DNA from: a virus
Taxonomy: Duplodnaviria > Caudoviricetes
IMG/VR virus record: IMGVR_UViG_3300031519_006606
Coordinates: 1 to 36,331 of that record
Length of the DNA: 36,331 nt
Reading direction: 5' to 3' (one strand)
Under the pieces are notes generated by a model. It ran no database searches, had not been told where the DNA came from, and saw only the letters and a list, made by a program, of their open reading frames with translations. The translations under genes and the position numbers were made by a program. The first letter of the stretch is position 1. Each line of letters opens with the position of its first letter. This document shows, one piece after another, positions 1 to 9,119 of this stretch.

Positions 1-166
1 CTGCTTTAGGCTTACCAGCAGTGCTAGCTCCTTGCTCTCCAAAACGAATAATCTTTTCTTTACCATTTTTACATGCTTTAACTATATGAGACTTTTTAGG
101 GTGTCCAGTTGTTCTCTTAGGTTTATTACATGGCATTTTTGCTTTACTGACTGGTTTTCTAGCCAT
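1..166 (-). CDS. Small basic phage protein, partial (runs off the left edge)
   Basis: Not in ORF track. Read by hand from ATG at 166: MARKPVSKAKMPCNKPKRTTGHPKKSHIVKACKNGKEKIIRFGEQGASTAGKPKA...; purine-rich upstream region. Confidence 0.75.
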   Translation of the reverse strand, partial: MARKPVSKAKMPCNKPKRTTGHPKKSHIVKACKNGKEKIIRFGEQGASTAGKPKA

Positions 167-180
167 TATTATCTCTTTTC

Positions 181-798
181 TTATTTTAGAATATACACAG
201 TATAATCCCATAGATCATAGTCGTGTCTAATAACAAATTTTCTAGATAAGTGTTCTTTTATAAACCAACTTAATTTATCTATAGATAGATGAAATAAGTC
301 ATCTCTTTCATAATCAACTTGTTTAGACATAACATTAAACATTATACCTTTATTTACGTTATTAAATACTAAAGAAATTAATTTTGTCATATGATTAAAC
401 ATTTCATTATGAGTCATGTTTAATTTCTCAGTAAAAACTCCATTCATTACCGCGCAATCTAATTTTGGTAATGTCCACTTTTCTTGTAGAATATCAATAT
501 TATGAAAGGTAGTTAAAGGATGCTTTTCAGCACATCTATGAAACATAGATTTTGATAATTCTAAACCTTCATAATAATAGTCTTTATCTTCTCGTATTAA
601 ATACTCATAATAATGAGCTAATCCGCAACCGAAATCTAAAATAGATCTACCATTACAGTGTTCTATACCTTCAGTCATAACCCTATATCTAGTATCTGCA
701 TCTATTTTATTAGGCCAATCTACACCTAAGTGAGAGTCACCATGTTGTTCATAACAACTCTCATAATAATTAACAATATCTTTATAACTCATTATCAT
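181..798 (-). CDS. Class I SAM-dependent methyltransferase (sugar-cluster type)
   Basis: ILDFGCG motif I, acidic motif II (GLELS), N-terminal HGDSHLGVDW. Confidence 0.85.
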   Translation of the reverse strand: MIMSYKDIVNYYESCYEQHGDSHLGVDWPNKIDADTRYRVMTEGIEHCNGRSILDFGCGLAHYYEYLIREDKDYYYEGLELSKSMFHRCAEKHPLTTFHNIDILQEKWTLPKLDCAVMNGVFTEKLNMTHNEMFNHMTKLISLVFNNVNKGIMFNVMSKQVDYERDDLFHLSIDKLSWFIKEHLSRKFVIRHDYDLWDYTVYILK

Positions 799-1489
799 AT
801 CTTCTAAAGTTAAAATGTTGTATTATAGAGTCTACTATAGGCTCTGCTGTTAAGTAGTCAAAATGACTACCATCTCTCCCAAAATCTAATAACTCATACC
901 TATGTAGTGTATTATTTAATTGTGTTAAATCTGATATATCTGTAGGTACAGTAGTATTATATATATTAGACAATAAACTATTTACCGTATTAAAGCAGTC
1001 TTTAAAGTCTTCTACATCTTTAGAACTACAAATGTTTTCTTCATAATGTATAAATTTCCAAGGATCTTCATAACGTCTATGTTTATAAGACCACATGATT
1101 ACCATATACTTAGGATTATACTCTGATATAATTTGTTTAGCAATATTTAAAAGTAAACGATTAGCAGCTCCATCTATACCTAAATTTATGCAACGTTTTT
1201 TACTATTAGTTTGGAGTATAGAAGGCCATGTATGTTCATAAGGAACTCCCACTCCTTTTGTAAAACTATCCCCTAAACACCATACTACATCATCTAAGTT
1301 AGATGGCCACTCCTTGTCTCTAAAACCTCTAGAATTATACTCATAAAGTATAGGATAAGGATAGGTCATCCATCTAAAAGACATAGGAGAAGAACCGGAT
1401 TGTGCATTATAAGATGTAGTGCTTATAGCATCCATACCTGTAGTAGAATATATTTTATTTACAGTAAAAGGATAAGTTAAGTAGTCCAT
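782..1489 (-). CDS. SGNH/GDSL hydrolase-like protein
   Basis: CLGDSFT block I, NLGIDG block II, C-terminal DGSH. Confidence 0.7.
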   Translation of the reverse strand: MDYLTYPFTVNKIYSTTGMDAISTTSYNAQSGSSPMSFRWMTYPYPILYEYNSRGFRDKEWPSNLDDVVWCLGDSFTKGVGVPYEHTWPSILQTNSKKRCINLGIDGAANRLLLNIAKQIISEYNPKYMVIMWSYKHRRYEDPWKFIHYEENICSSKDVEDFKDCFNTVNSLLSNIYNTTVPTDISDLTQLNNTLHRYELLDFGRDGSHFDYLTAEPIVDSIIQHFNFRRYDNEL

Positions 1490-2370
1490 ATACTATCTTC
1501 TAATTTAATTCTATCATTTATTTGTTCTAAACTTACTTTTTCAAAATGATTTGAAGGATAATTGTTATATACATCTAGTAATTTTGTAAAGTTATTTATC
1601 TCATTTATTTTTTCTTTTAATGTTATTTTTTTAATAGGAAAAGGGCTGTGAGATGTTAAAAAACCTTTTCTTGATAAATACTGAATATAGTCTGTAATTT
1701 CTATAAATTTTAATAACTGTTCAGAAGTATATTTAGTTAAATTTGCATTACGAACTCTTTTAGTATTAAATTTATTATACTCTAGTAAAGATAAATTTTT
1801 ATCAGATACAATATTAAATTCTTTTTTAAACGTATTGTCAGGATCAGTTATTAAGTCGGTATAACTAAGTACTTTATGCTTAGGAAAATATTTATCTACC
1901 CATACATAAAATTCTTCAAAATATTTTAAGTTTTCTATAAAATTACGTTTATCTATAGAGTAAGATTTTTTATTTTTATTTTGATTATACTCTTCTTTAC
2001 TATAAATATTTAATATACCTGTTCCTTCATGAGTATTACTATAACTGAGTATAGACTCAAAGGAACATCTAGAAATTACATATATATCTGTAAAAAAATA
2101 ACTACAAAATTTTAGATAATTTTTAGTATCTTTGCCAAACTCTATAGATCTGTAGGGTGAGCAACGAGCTACTATACTTGTTTTATTAGTCGAAAGAGTT
2201 TCGATTAAAATGCGTAAATCTGTAGTAAAGTTACACAAATCATGATAGTTATTAGTCGGATATCCATGATAGTTTAAATAAACAGTTAAAGATTTTTGAA
2301 AGTAAGTACTACCTATACCATCAGGAGTCAATACTAAAATTCTTTTTAGTTTATTTAGATATTTCGACAT
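1477..2370 (-). CDS. Sulfotransferase-like / P-loop fold protein
   Basis: LVLTPDGIGSTYFQ resembles the 5'-PSB loop; ISR...ESILSY and LSYTDL resemble downstream sulfotransferase motifs; start taken at MSKYL (track start 2394). Confidence 0.5.
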   Translation of the reverse strand: MSKYLNKLKRILVLTPDGIGSTYFQKSLTVYLNYHGYPTNNYHDLCNFTTDLRILIETLSTNKTSIVARCSPYRSIEFGKDTKNYLKFCSYFFTDIYVISRCSFESILSYSNTHEGTGILNIYSKEEYNQNKNKKSYSIDKRNFIENLKYFEEFYVWVDKYFPKHKVLSYTDLITDPDNTFKKEFNIVSDKNLSLLEYNKFNTKRVRNANLTKYTSEQLLKFIEITDYIQYLSRKGFLTSHSPFPIKKITLKEKINEINNFTKLLDVYNNYPSNHFEKVSLEQINDRIKLEDSIWTT

Positions 2371-2539
2371 TATTATACCTTTGTTCAATCTCACATACTA
2401 TCTGCCACTGCCTAGAGGTTAATTGTGGATGTTTTTGTTGCGCTTTTAAGCAACCTGCTACAAAACTTCTTTCTTTATCTGTCAATTCTTTATCTTCAAG
2501 AAATATTCGTAATTCTTTTCTAATTCTTCGAGTTGTCAT
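2351..2539 (-). CDS. Hypothetical protein
   Basis: 62-aa ORF tiling the operon. Confidence 0.65.
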   Translation of the reverse strand: MTTRRIRKELRIFLEDKELTDKERSFVAGCLKAQQKHPQLTSRQWQIVCEIEQRYNNVEISK

Positions 2540-2684
2540 TTTTTACGATACCGCCTATATTAAGTTCATTCGTATCTGGTAAGTCATAAATAAAAGGATC
2601 TATCTTCATTATTTCCTTTTTCTTTGCTTGAAACTCTTTTTCAAACTTCCAATCATCATATTTATCTCTAATCCACTTCAGCAT
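2520..2684 (-). CDS. Small hypothetical protein (54 aa, DPFIY motif)
   Basis: Not in ORF track. MLKWIRDKYDDWKFEKEFQAKKKEIMKIDPFIYDLPDTNELNIGGIVKNDNSKN, preceded by AAGGAG; fills the gap between neighbours. Confidence 0.7.
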   Translation of the reverse strand: MLKWIRDKYDDWKFEKEFQAKKKEIMKIDPFIYDLPDTNELNIGGIVKNDNSKN

Positions 2685-3174
2685 AGGGATTCTCCTTAGG
2701 TGTTAAACATAGCGTGACTCTATACTCATCGCTTAAGTTCATTATACGGTGTTTTACACCGCTTTTAATTAAATAACTATATCCTTCTCTATAGTGGTAT
2801 TTTTTATCGTTTTCAAATTCTATAAAACTATTAGCAGTAGCTATAGAGGTTATAACGCTATTAGCATATATATTTGTCTGAGTCATATCAACATGCCAAG
2901 GTATCTGATTTCTAGGCATTAATATAGATAAATATAAATGATTTATATTTCGTATAGCAGTATGCTTAGTACAAGTAGTTAACCATTTTACTATACTTGG
3001 AAAGTGTTTTATCATAGGAGAAGTAGTACCTTCAGTTATAATATCAAAAGATTTCCAAGCGTGATGACCATATCTCTCATCAAATAAATGATGTCCCATA
3101 GTAAAAAAAGAGATTATTTTTTTTAAATCTCCTTGATCTATTCTAGGAAGTGGTATCTGCTTGCAGTTTGTCAA
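2668..3174 (-). CDS. Aspartyl/asparaginyl beta-hydroxylase-like 2OG-Fe(II) oxygenase
   Basis: IPWHVD (HxD) ... VKHRIMNLSDEYRVTL (H..N....R). Confidence 0.75.
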   Translation of the reverse strand: MTNCKQIPLPRIDQGDLKKIISFFTMGHHLFDERYGHHAWKSFDIITEGTTSPMIKHFPSIVKWLTTCTKHTAIRNINHLYLSILMPRNQIPWHVDMTQTNIYANSVITSIATANSFIEFENDKKYHYREGYSYLIKSGVKHRIMNLSDEYRVTLCLTPKENPYAEVD

Positions 3175-3853
3175 AAGACATTCTCCTATTTTTTAGTAGA
3201 GGTAAAAAAGGTATAGCACTTTGTTCAAAAATGATAGGATCAGCATTGTCTATAGTCATAACAATAGCTATATCTTTTATTCCTGTTCCATACATTTCAT
3301 TATGTGCTATAGCATAAGCACAACCTTGAATGTAATAATCAGTAATTTGTTTATTACTTTTCTTTTTCTTTGATGTTTTAAAATCTATAATAGTAGGTTT
3401 TCCACGCCAAATTCCTACCATATCAGTTCTACCAGCATATTTATATTTATTAGACCATAAAACTTGTTCTTGTCCCCAAATCTCTTCTACACCTTTTTCA
3501 GTAGCACGAACTAAGTCACGACTCATCTGAATAACATCTACAGCTTCTTTATATAATTCATCCCATATGTCTTCACCATTAAAATGTCGTTCGGCATATT
3601 CATGTACTAAAGTTCCTCTATCCGTAGCTACTTTAGACACACGAGCAGCTTCTTCTTCTCCTACACGTTCTTTCCATTTTAAAAGCCATGTTTGATCAGA
3701 AGTTTTTCCTAGTATAGTAGTAATACTAGGATAAGACCCGTCTGGGGTATGATATGTTCTACCTGTAGGTAGGGTATCAGTAGCACAGTTCGTTGTATAA
3801 TTGTACTTCTTTGAGGTCGTCCACGGTATTGACAATTGGTTTTCCTTTACCAT
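3143..3853 (-). CDS. PD-(D/E)XK exonuclease (phage Cas4-like/RecB-type)
   Basis: YPSITTIL, RGTLVH, AGRTD, IIDFKTS, Q..AY motifs; true start may be TTG at 3835 after AAGGA. Confidence 0.9.
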   Translation of the reverse strand: MVKENQLSIPWTTSKKYNYTTNCATDTLPTGRTYHTPDGSYPSITTILGKTSDQTWLLKWKERVGEEEAARVSKVATDRGTLVHEYAERHFNGEDIWDELYKEAVDVIQMSRDLVRATEKGVEEIWGQEQVLWSNKYKYAGRTDMVGIWRGKPTIIDFKTSKKKKSNKQITDYYIQGCAYAIAHNEMYGTGIKDIAIVMTIDNADPIIFEQSAIPFLPLLKNRRMSFDKLQADTTS

Positions 3854-5153
3854 TTAAACTTGTATTTATTAAAATAGAATGACCATGATTTTTACATTGG
3901 TTTAAAATACGCCATAAAAATACATTAGATTTTTCATCAACAACTTGTAGTCTAGCAGAATTATCATAAGTATTAAATAAACCTTTTTTAATTTTAGCTA
4001 TATTTAACATGTAAGGACAGGCTTTAATTATATGAAACCAATGAGGAGCTTCATCTCTCAAACATATAGGAGCATAAGGTCTCCATGAATCTTCATCTCT
4101 ATTTTTAATTTTATTTAACTTCTTAATATTATCATCAGTTGGCAAACATAGCAAACTACGATTTCCTAAGGCTCTAGGTCCAAATTCAGCTTGCCCTTCA
4201 ATTACTGCAACTATATCACCTTTTAAGATTCTACTAGCATAATCATCAGCATGTAACCCTCTACTATCACTAACACCTAAGTAAGGTGTAAATTGTTTAG
4301 GTCGATCAAGTAATGCAGCAGCACCTAAAGCACAACCTGCATCACCAGCTGCTGGTTGAATTGCTACCTCTTCAAAATTAGTCCAATTTAAGATTTCTGT
4401 ATTAGCAACACAATTTAAGGCTACTCCTCCTGCATATGCAAGTTTAGTCATACCTGTTTCTTGCTGTAACCAACTAGCCATATTAGCAATTATTGTTTGA
4501 GTAACATGCTGAACAGACGCAGCTATATCCCAGTCTAAAGTACCATAACCTACACCACGTTCTAGATCTTGTAGTGCTGTGTAATCACCTTTATGATCGT
4601 AGTGTAAAATATTATCTTTAATGTACTTTGACCATTTAGGCGTGCCATAAGCTGCTGCTGCCATCACTTGTGACTCATCGGATAAAGGTTGTAATCCTAA
4701 AAATCTAGTAGCAGAACTATAAAATAATCCTAATGAATTAGGATAACGCATACGTCGTAGCCATGTAAATTTTCCTTTAGAATATACACCTAATGAAGTA
4801 GAAAATTTATTACCTACAGTGTCTATTACCATAACAGCACACTCATCCCAGTCAGTAGTTATTATAGAACTCATAGCATGAGCCTCATGATGATCTACTA
4901 GTACAGGTTTTGCTTTACTTACTTTTTTAATATCTCTTTTAAATCTTTTATAAGTAGTTTCCTCATAAAATACAGCATAATCAAAATCTTCATAAGCATT
5001 TTTTAACCAATTAATACTATTAATTGGAAAATTATTATCATATTTATTACGAGAAAATCTTTCTTCATGGGATGCACCCAGTATTACATTATTTTTTATA
5101 TTTGCAGCTGCACTATCATGATGATAGCAGCTTACTCCTAGTATGTTCATCAA
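3777..5153 (-). CDS. Carbamoyltransferase, NodU/CmcH family
   Basis: HDSAA, EERFSR, HHEAHA, GGVALNC, AGDAG, EFGPRALGNRS, INTSLN. Confidence 0.95.
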   Translation of the reverse strand: MMNILGVSCYHHDSAAANIKNNVILGASHEERFSRNKYDNNFPINSINWLKNAYEDFDYAVFYEETTYKRFKRDIKKVSKAKPVLVDHHEAHAMSSIITTDWDECAVMVIDTVGNKFSTSLGVYSKGKFTWLRRMRYPNSLGLFYSSATRFLGLQPLSDESQVMAAAAYGTPKWSKYIKDNILHYDHKGDYTALQDLERGVGYGTLDWDIAASVQHVTQTIIANMASWLQQETGMTKLAYAGGVALNCVANTEILNWTNFEEVAIQPAAGDAGCALGAAALLDRPKQFTPYLGVSDSRGLHADDYASRILKGDIVAVIEGQAEFGPRALGNRSLLCLPTDDNIKKLNKIKNRDEDSWRPYAPICLRDEAPHWFHIIKACPYMLNIAKIKKGLFNTYDNSARLQVVDEKSNVFLWRILNQCKNHGHSILINTSLNGKGKPIVNTVDDLKEVQLYNELCY

Positions 5154-5688
5154 AGTACCTTTTGAATATATAAGTTAAATCTGCTTTAGTTTTAGTTGAG
5201 TAATCAGGTGTATCAACAAAGTCTACAAATGCCCATCTATAATTATCTACTATAGGTTGTATTCTATGTACCATAAAACAAGGAAATAATACAGTCTTTC
5301 CTGGTTTAGGGTATATTCTTGCTAATATATCATTAGGTTTAGGGGCAGAAAAATCAGTTTCTTGGACTCTATCTCCTTCAGGATTCCAGTTACCTAGTTC
5401 AAAAGGTTTTCCCTCAGTAAGATAGACCATATGCGTCCAAAAACGACCAGGCCTAGAAGTAGTTAGTCTTTTCTCAGCAAAATCTAAATTATCAAAGTGC
5501 CACTCATACCCTTCTCCAGGTTTTAGAAGTATAGCTGACTTACCTGCAAAATCGCATTTCCATTGATGAGCATGTCTAATATAGTTTTTCATACAGTAAT
5601 CAACTATTTTATCAGCTTTTTTAGCTATCTTTTCAGAAAATCCGATCTCAATTGATCTTGTCCACTCATCTGCAATGAAATCTTCCAT
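5116..5688 (-). CDS. 2OG-Fe(II) oxygenase (prolyl-4-hydroxylase-like)
   Basis: YEWHFD ... VYL ... LFP...HRIQPI...RW. Confidence 0.85.
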   Translation of the reverse strand: MEDFIADEWTRSIEIGFSEKIAKKADKIVDYCMKNYIRHAHQWKCDFAGKSAILLKPGEGYEWHFDNLDFAEKRLTTSRPGRFWTHMVYLTEGKPFELGNWNPEGDRVQETDFSAPKPNDILARIYPKPGKTVLFPCFMVHRIQPIVDNYRWAFVDFVDTPDYSTKTKADLTYIFKRYFDEHTRSKLLSS

Positions 5689-6254
5689 CTGTCATTTACC
5701 TCCGAAGCTAACCTGACTGCAAAATGATTATGACCATATTGATTAATATGACCTTCATTATCTGCAAACTCTTTAGCTAAATCTCTTAAATAATAATTCC
5801 ATATACATGGACTGTCTTGTATCATTGGTTGTTCTATAATGTTAGGTCTATATATAGGAATTAACATTAAGTTATCTACAGTAGCTTGTCCTAGTACTGC
5901 TTTTACAAATAAAGCATTAGTTCTATTATACCACTTCATACGTGTAATTTTTTTAAACCATATATCTTGTACTAGTTTACCCCATACATCTTTTGGACTA
6001 GCCCATCCGTATGGAAGTAGATAGTCACCATTTCCTTTAGGATCTGCTCTGTGGTGATGTCCAAGTAGCCAAATAACTTTAAAACGATTGACAAGATCAT
6101 TTTCTATGATATACTCAGCTTGAGCATCTAAAGTTATTCCTTGTTCTTCCCATCTATTTTTTAAACCTAGTTGGTCAAAAGCAGGTATAGGTGCTTTATC
6201 ACTTGGTATTGACCAAGAGTTTCCTACTACAAAGATTTGATTATTAATGTTCAT
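5625..6254 (-). CDS. SGNH-like protein (GNS variant)
   Basis: FVVGNSWS in place of GDS, C-terminal EGHINQYGH; preceded by AGGTAACA-ATG. Confidence 0.55.
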   Translation of the reverse strand: MNINNQIFVVGNSWSIPSDKAPIPAFDQLGLKNRWEEQGITLDAQAEYIIENDLVNRFKVIWLLGHHHRADPKGNGDYLLPYGWASPKDVWGKLVQDIWFKKITRMKWYNRTNALFVKAVLGQATVDNLMLIPIYRPNIIEQPMIQDSPCIWNYYLRDLAKEFADNEGHINQYGHNHFAVRLASEVNDRWKISLQMSGQDQLRSDFLKR

Positions 6255-6882
6255 TGTTACCTGTGGAGATAGTTTTACACAAGGAGAAGGTTTGACTAAA
6301 CAGAGTCAAGCGTATCCTTATTTACTTGGTGCTAAAATAACTAATTTAGCTCAGAGTGGTGCTTCCGAATATCTTATTACAACACAAATTGAACAAGCTG
6401 TCAAGTTAAAACCTGATTTGATTATAGTCGGGCATACTAGTGAATATAGATGGGAAGTATGGGATGTTAGAAATAAAATTCAACAAGGATTTTTAGTTGC
6501 TAATCACGTACTAAAGAATGAAAAATACTATAGACAATGGAATTTATCGGAACAAATTTTATGTAATACTAGAAATACAAAAGAACACAAAGCTGCATGG
6601 CACGCAGCAGGTATGTTATATTTTTCAGATATAGAGCTAGTTCAGAGAATATGGAGTGGTGCAGTAGCAAAACAAATAATACTTGCACAAAGATCTAATA
6701 TACCTATGATTCATCATTGTTGTTTTCCACACTTACAATCATTACTGGCAGAGCTCACAGATAATTATGTAGATTTTCACTTAGATCTAGAAAAACATAA
6801 AGATTTAGCCCCAGATAATTCTCATGCTGGGGCAAAAAGTCATAAAAAATTAGCGAAGTTGCTCTTGGATAAATTCAGCTAG
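6247..6882 (+). CDS. SGNH/GDSL hydrolase-like protein, inverted relative to neighbours
   Basis: CGDSFTQG, NLAQSGAS, DNSHAG...H. Confidence 0.75.
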   Translation: MFIVTCGDSFTQGEGLTKQSQAYPYLLGAKITNLAQSGASEYLITTQIEQAVKLKPDLIIVGHTSEYRWEVWDVRNKIQQGFLVANHVLKNEKYYRQWNLSEQILCNTRNTKEHKAAWHAAGMLYFSDIELVQRIWSGAVAKQIILAQRSNIPMIHHCCFPHLQSLLAELTDNYVDFHLDLEKHKDLAPDNSHAGAKSHKKLAKLLLDKFS

Positions 6883-7527
6883 AGCTTTAGTTGCTTTTCT
6901 ATTAGGATGAACTTGATCAGTAGCTGAAGCAAAATATTCAGGGTGTTCTTTCCAAAAATTATGTTTATGCTCAAATATACTCCATAACTTCATTGCACCT
7001 TTTTTGTCACCATCTGAATATTTTTCAAAATGCGTATAATCCCCAAATATAGTAGTATCTTTAAAGTCAGGGTAAAAAAACTCTGTAATACTAGGAATTT
7101 TAAAAGCACAGTCAAAATCAGGTTCAATTTTTTCTATACCCCCTATTAAACATAATTTATGTTTATAGCGTTCTAGTATATTATATTCGATTTCTTTTAC
7201 TAATTTAATTTTTTCAAATAAATCAGTAGTATTATACGCTTCAGGATGATTTTCAGCTGTTAAATGTTTAAAGTCTCGTGTAGCACAAGTTTTAACATAA
7301 ATAACAAAATCAAATCCCATCTCATGAGTCATTAAGCAATTTAAAGATACAAAGTCACCCCATCCAGGATTAGCAGCATGTGCTACTTCATGACCTAAAT
7401 CTCGTAAGTATCTAGACATAGAATATTTTTCAGCAAAAGCTCTAGTCTCTTCGGGGGTGAGAGTTGGATCCCACTCCCCTGCAGACCAAGAATCGCCAGT
7501 TACCATTATTTTGTAACTAACCGTCAT
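6850..7527 (-). CDS. SGNH/GDSL hydrolase-like protein
   Basis: TGDSWSAG ... DQVHPN. Confidence 0.7.
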   Translation of the reverse strand: MTVSYKIMVTGDSWSAGEWDPTLTPEETRAFAEKYSMSRYLRDLGHEVAHAANPGWGDFVSLNCLMTHEMGFDFVIYVKTCATRDFKHLTAENHPEAYNTTDLFEKIKLVKEIEYNILERYKHKLCLIGGIEKIEPDFDCAFKIPSITEFFYPDFKDTTIFGDYTHFEKYSDGDKKGAMKLWSIFEHKHNFWKEHPEYFASATDQVHPNRKATKALAEFIQEQLR

Positions 7528-7528
7528 G

Positions 7529-7765
7529 TTAACTACACGCTTCTACATACTCTTTGAGTTGTTCCCACTTTTCTTCTTCTTCATCCATATTTTCTTTGCG
7601 AACAATAGTAGCAATTTTAGTAATAGTTGCTACAGGAATATCATATTCTGATTTAATATCTTTTTTAAGTTCATTAATAGACTCTCTAATTGCTTCTCCT
7701 TGAATCATAAGATCTACAATACGTGAGATTTCTTTGCGTAATTCTGCTTTTAGTGCTACTTCCAT
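7529..7765 (-). CDS. DsbA(T4)/GapR-like double-stranded DNA-binding protein
   Basis: 78-aa helical protein with pattern L...I.RI..L......E.I.EL....K..Y......I..I...RK....EEE. Confidence 0.65.
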   Translation of the reverse strand: MEVALKAELRKEISRIVDLMIQGEAIRESINELKKDIKSEYDIPVATITKIATIVRKENMDEEEEKWEQLKEYVEACS

Positions 7766-7774
7766 TTGTTTTTC

Positions 7775-8116
7775 CTAATTTATTAGTTGAAAGGTTTTTC
7801 TGATATTCTCAGGTCTTTTTCTAATAAGTTTATCTTCTGTAAACTTATCTAGAATATTATTAAAAATGTCATGACTTAGTGTTGTTATATCTTCAGACAC
7901 CGTGCCATCAACTAATAATCGTTGATGAACCATGTTCAAAGCAGTTATTAGATTAGCAGACCCAATAGCTCTTGAATCTTTGTAATCTCCTTCAGATCTT
8001 GTTTTTACTAACTCCCATGTTTCGTTTTCCCAAACAGTATCATCATCTTCATCAAATACTTCAATGGGCATACCACCTAGTATTTTCCATACCATGTCAT
8101 CATATTTTCTTGTCAT
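7775..8116 (-). CDS. Hypothetical protein
   Basis: 113-aa ORF. Confidence 0.7.
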   Translation of the reverse strand: MTRKYDDMVWKILGGMPIEVFDEDDDTVWENETWELVKTRSEGDYKDSRAIGSANLITALNMVHQRLLVDGTVSEDITTLSHDIFNNILDKFTEDKLIRKRPENIRKTFQLIN

Positions 8117-8132
8117 TATTCAATTCACTTAT

Positions 8133-8162
8133 AAAAAGAGCGTAGCTGTACCGGCTACGCTC
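8133..8162 (-). terminator. Rho-independent terminator
   Basis: 9-bp stem GAGCGTAGC/GCTACGCTC (8138-8146, 8154-8162) followed by a T-run on the minus strand, 20 nt after the stop of 8183..8554. Confidence 0.8.
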
Positions 8163-8182
8163 GCATACTCCCTACGGTCGTA

Positions 8183-8554
8183 CTAGGAAGCAATCCAATC
8201 ATCACGATATGGAGCTGCATAGAACCAAGCCAAAGCTATCTCAACATTTTTAGACGGCATTTTCCCATCCAAACACTGTTCAAACTCACGTTTGAAGCGT
8301 AGCCATGGATTTCTCATATTGTTTACAGGCTTGATTTGGCTAAGATCATTTTGATTCCAGTGAATACAGCGATCTGCATAAGCTGCTTCAACATTAAGTG
8401 AACGCGTAGACTCGAAGAGTTTCTCCTTGAGTACTCCGTACAGCTCTACAAAAGCTGCGCTTTTCTCTTCTTCACTCAGCTGCGAAACACATATACGACG
8501 TGCGTTCCGTACTAGATCACGATAACCATTTTTTGACACAAGTTTAAAGTACAT
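8183..8554 (-). CDS. Hypothetical protein (likely early gene)
   Basis: 123-aa ORF with GAGGT RBS, own promoter and terminator. Confidence 0.8.
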   Translation of the reverse strand: MYFKLVSKNGYRDLVRNARRICVSQLSEEEKSAAFVELYGVLKEKLFESTRSLNVEAAYADRCIHWNQNDLSQIKPVNNMRNPWLRFKREFEQCLDGKMPSKNVEIALAWFYAAPYRDDWIAS

Positions 8555-8567
8555 AATTTACCTCTTA

Positions 8568-8596
8568 TTAATAGCATAGTTTATGGGTTGTTGCAA
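8568..8596 (-). promoter_or_regulatory. Sigma70-type promoter
   Basis: Minus strand TTGCAA-N17-TATTAA with TG extension. Confidence 0.6.
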
Positions 8597-8606
8597 ATAG
8601 AAAATT

Positions 8607-8924
8607 CTACCAATCAGAATCATCTACCATTAGTTCTAGATAGGTTGGTGGGTAGCTAACTTTATCCCTTTTCCAAAATTCGTCAGGATTGTGATGTCTA
8701 AAGCGCGGAAGCATATGCCAATAGTTATTGATTCGACGTACAGCTGAATCATACTCATTGTGAAATAGATTGTCTAGATCCATGCGGTCTCTAGCTTCTT
8801 CCATCCATTCATGACACTTCCACGGATTCCAACGTGAAACATTCTCTGCCTCACGAATTGTACGCTTAATACCCCAGTCTGAATATCCTATGGCATTAAG
8901 TGGGTTTACAATTCTATCCACCAA
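8607..8924 (-). CDS. Hypothetical protein
   Basis: 105-aa Trp-rich ORF with TTG/GTG start. Confidence 0.7.
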   Translation of the reverse strand: MVDRIVNPLNAIGYSDWGIKRTIREAENVSRWNPWKCHEWMEEARDRMDLDNLFHNEYDSAVRRINNYWHMLPRFRHHNPDEFWKRDKVSYPPTYLELMVDDSDW

Positions 8925-9090
8925 TTACTTTATCCTTCTCATTTTTATTATAATCAATTAGTATTTCAATAATGTATCGTGCAGCAAAAAACTCACCATA
9001 ATCTTTTTTCATATCTTCATACTCGTCCATAACAAACGGTGCATTTTGATAAAAGAATGTTTTTGCTTCTGTTAGAGTTGGTCGTTTCAT
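8914..9090 (-). CDS. Small hypothetical protein (58 aa)
   Basis: Not in ORF track. MKRPTLTEAKTFFYQNAPFVMDEYEDMKKDYGEFFAARYIIEILIDYNKNEKDKVIGG, preceded by AAGGAAG. Confidence 0.75.
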   Translation of the reverse strand: MKRPTLTEAKTFFYQNAPFVMDEYEDMKKDYGEFFAARYIIEILIDYNKNEKDKVIGG

Positions 9091-9119
9091 GATCTTCCTT
9101 AATTTTTATTTATTAACTA

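Noticed and set aside
3143-3853. Cas4-like nuclease as a sign of CRISPR-Cas
   Set aside because: No repeat-spacer array or other cas genes were seen; solo nucleases of this type are common in phages
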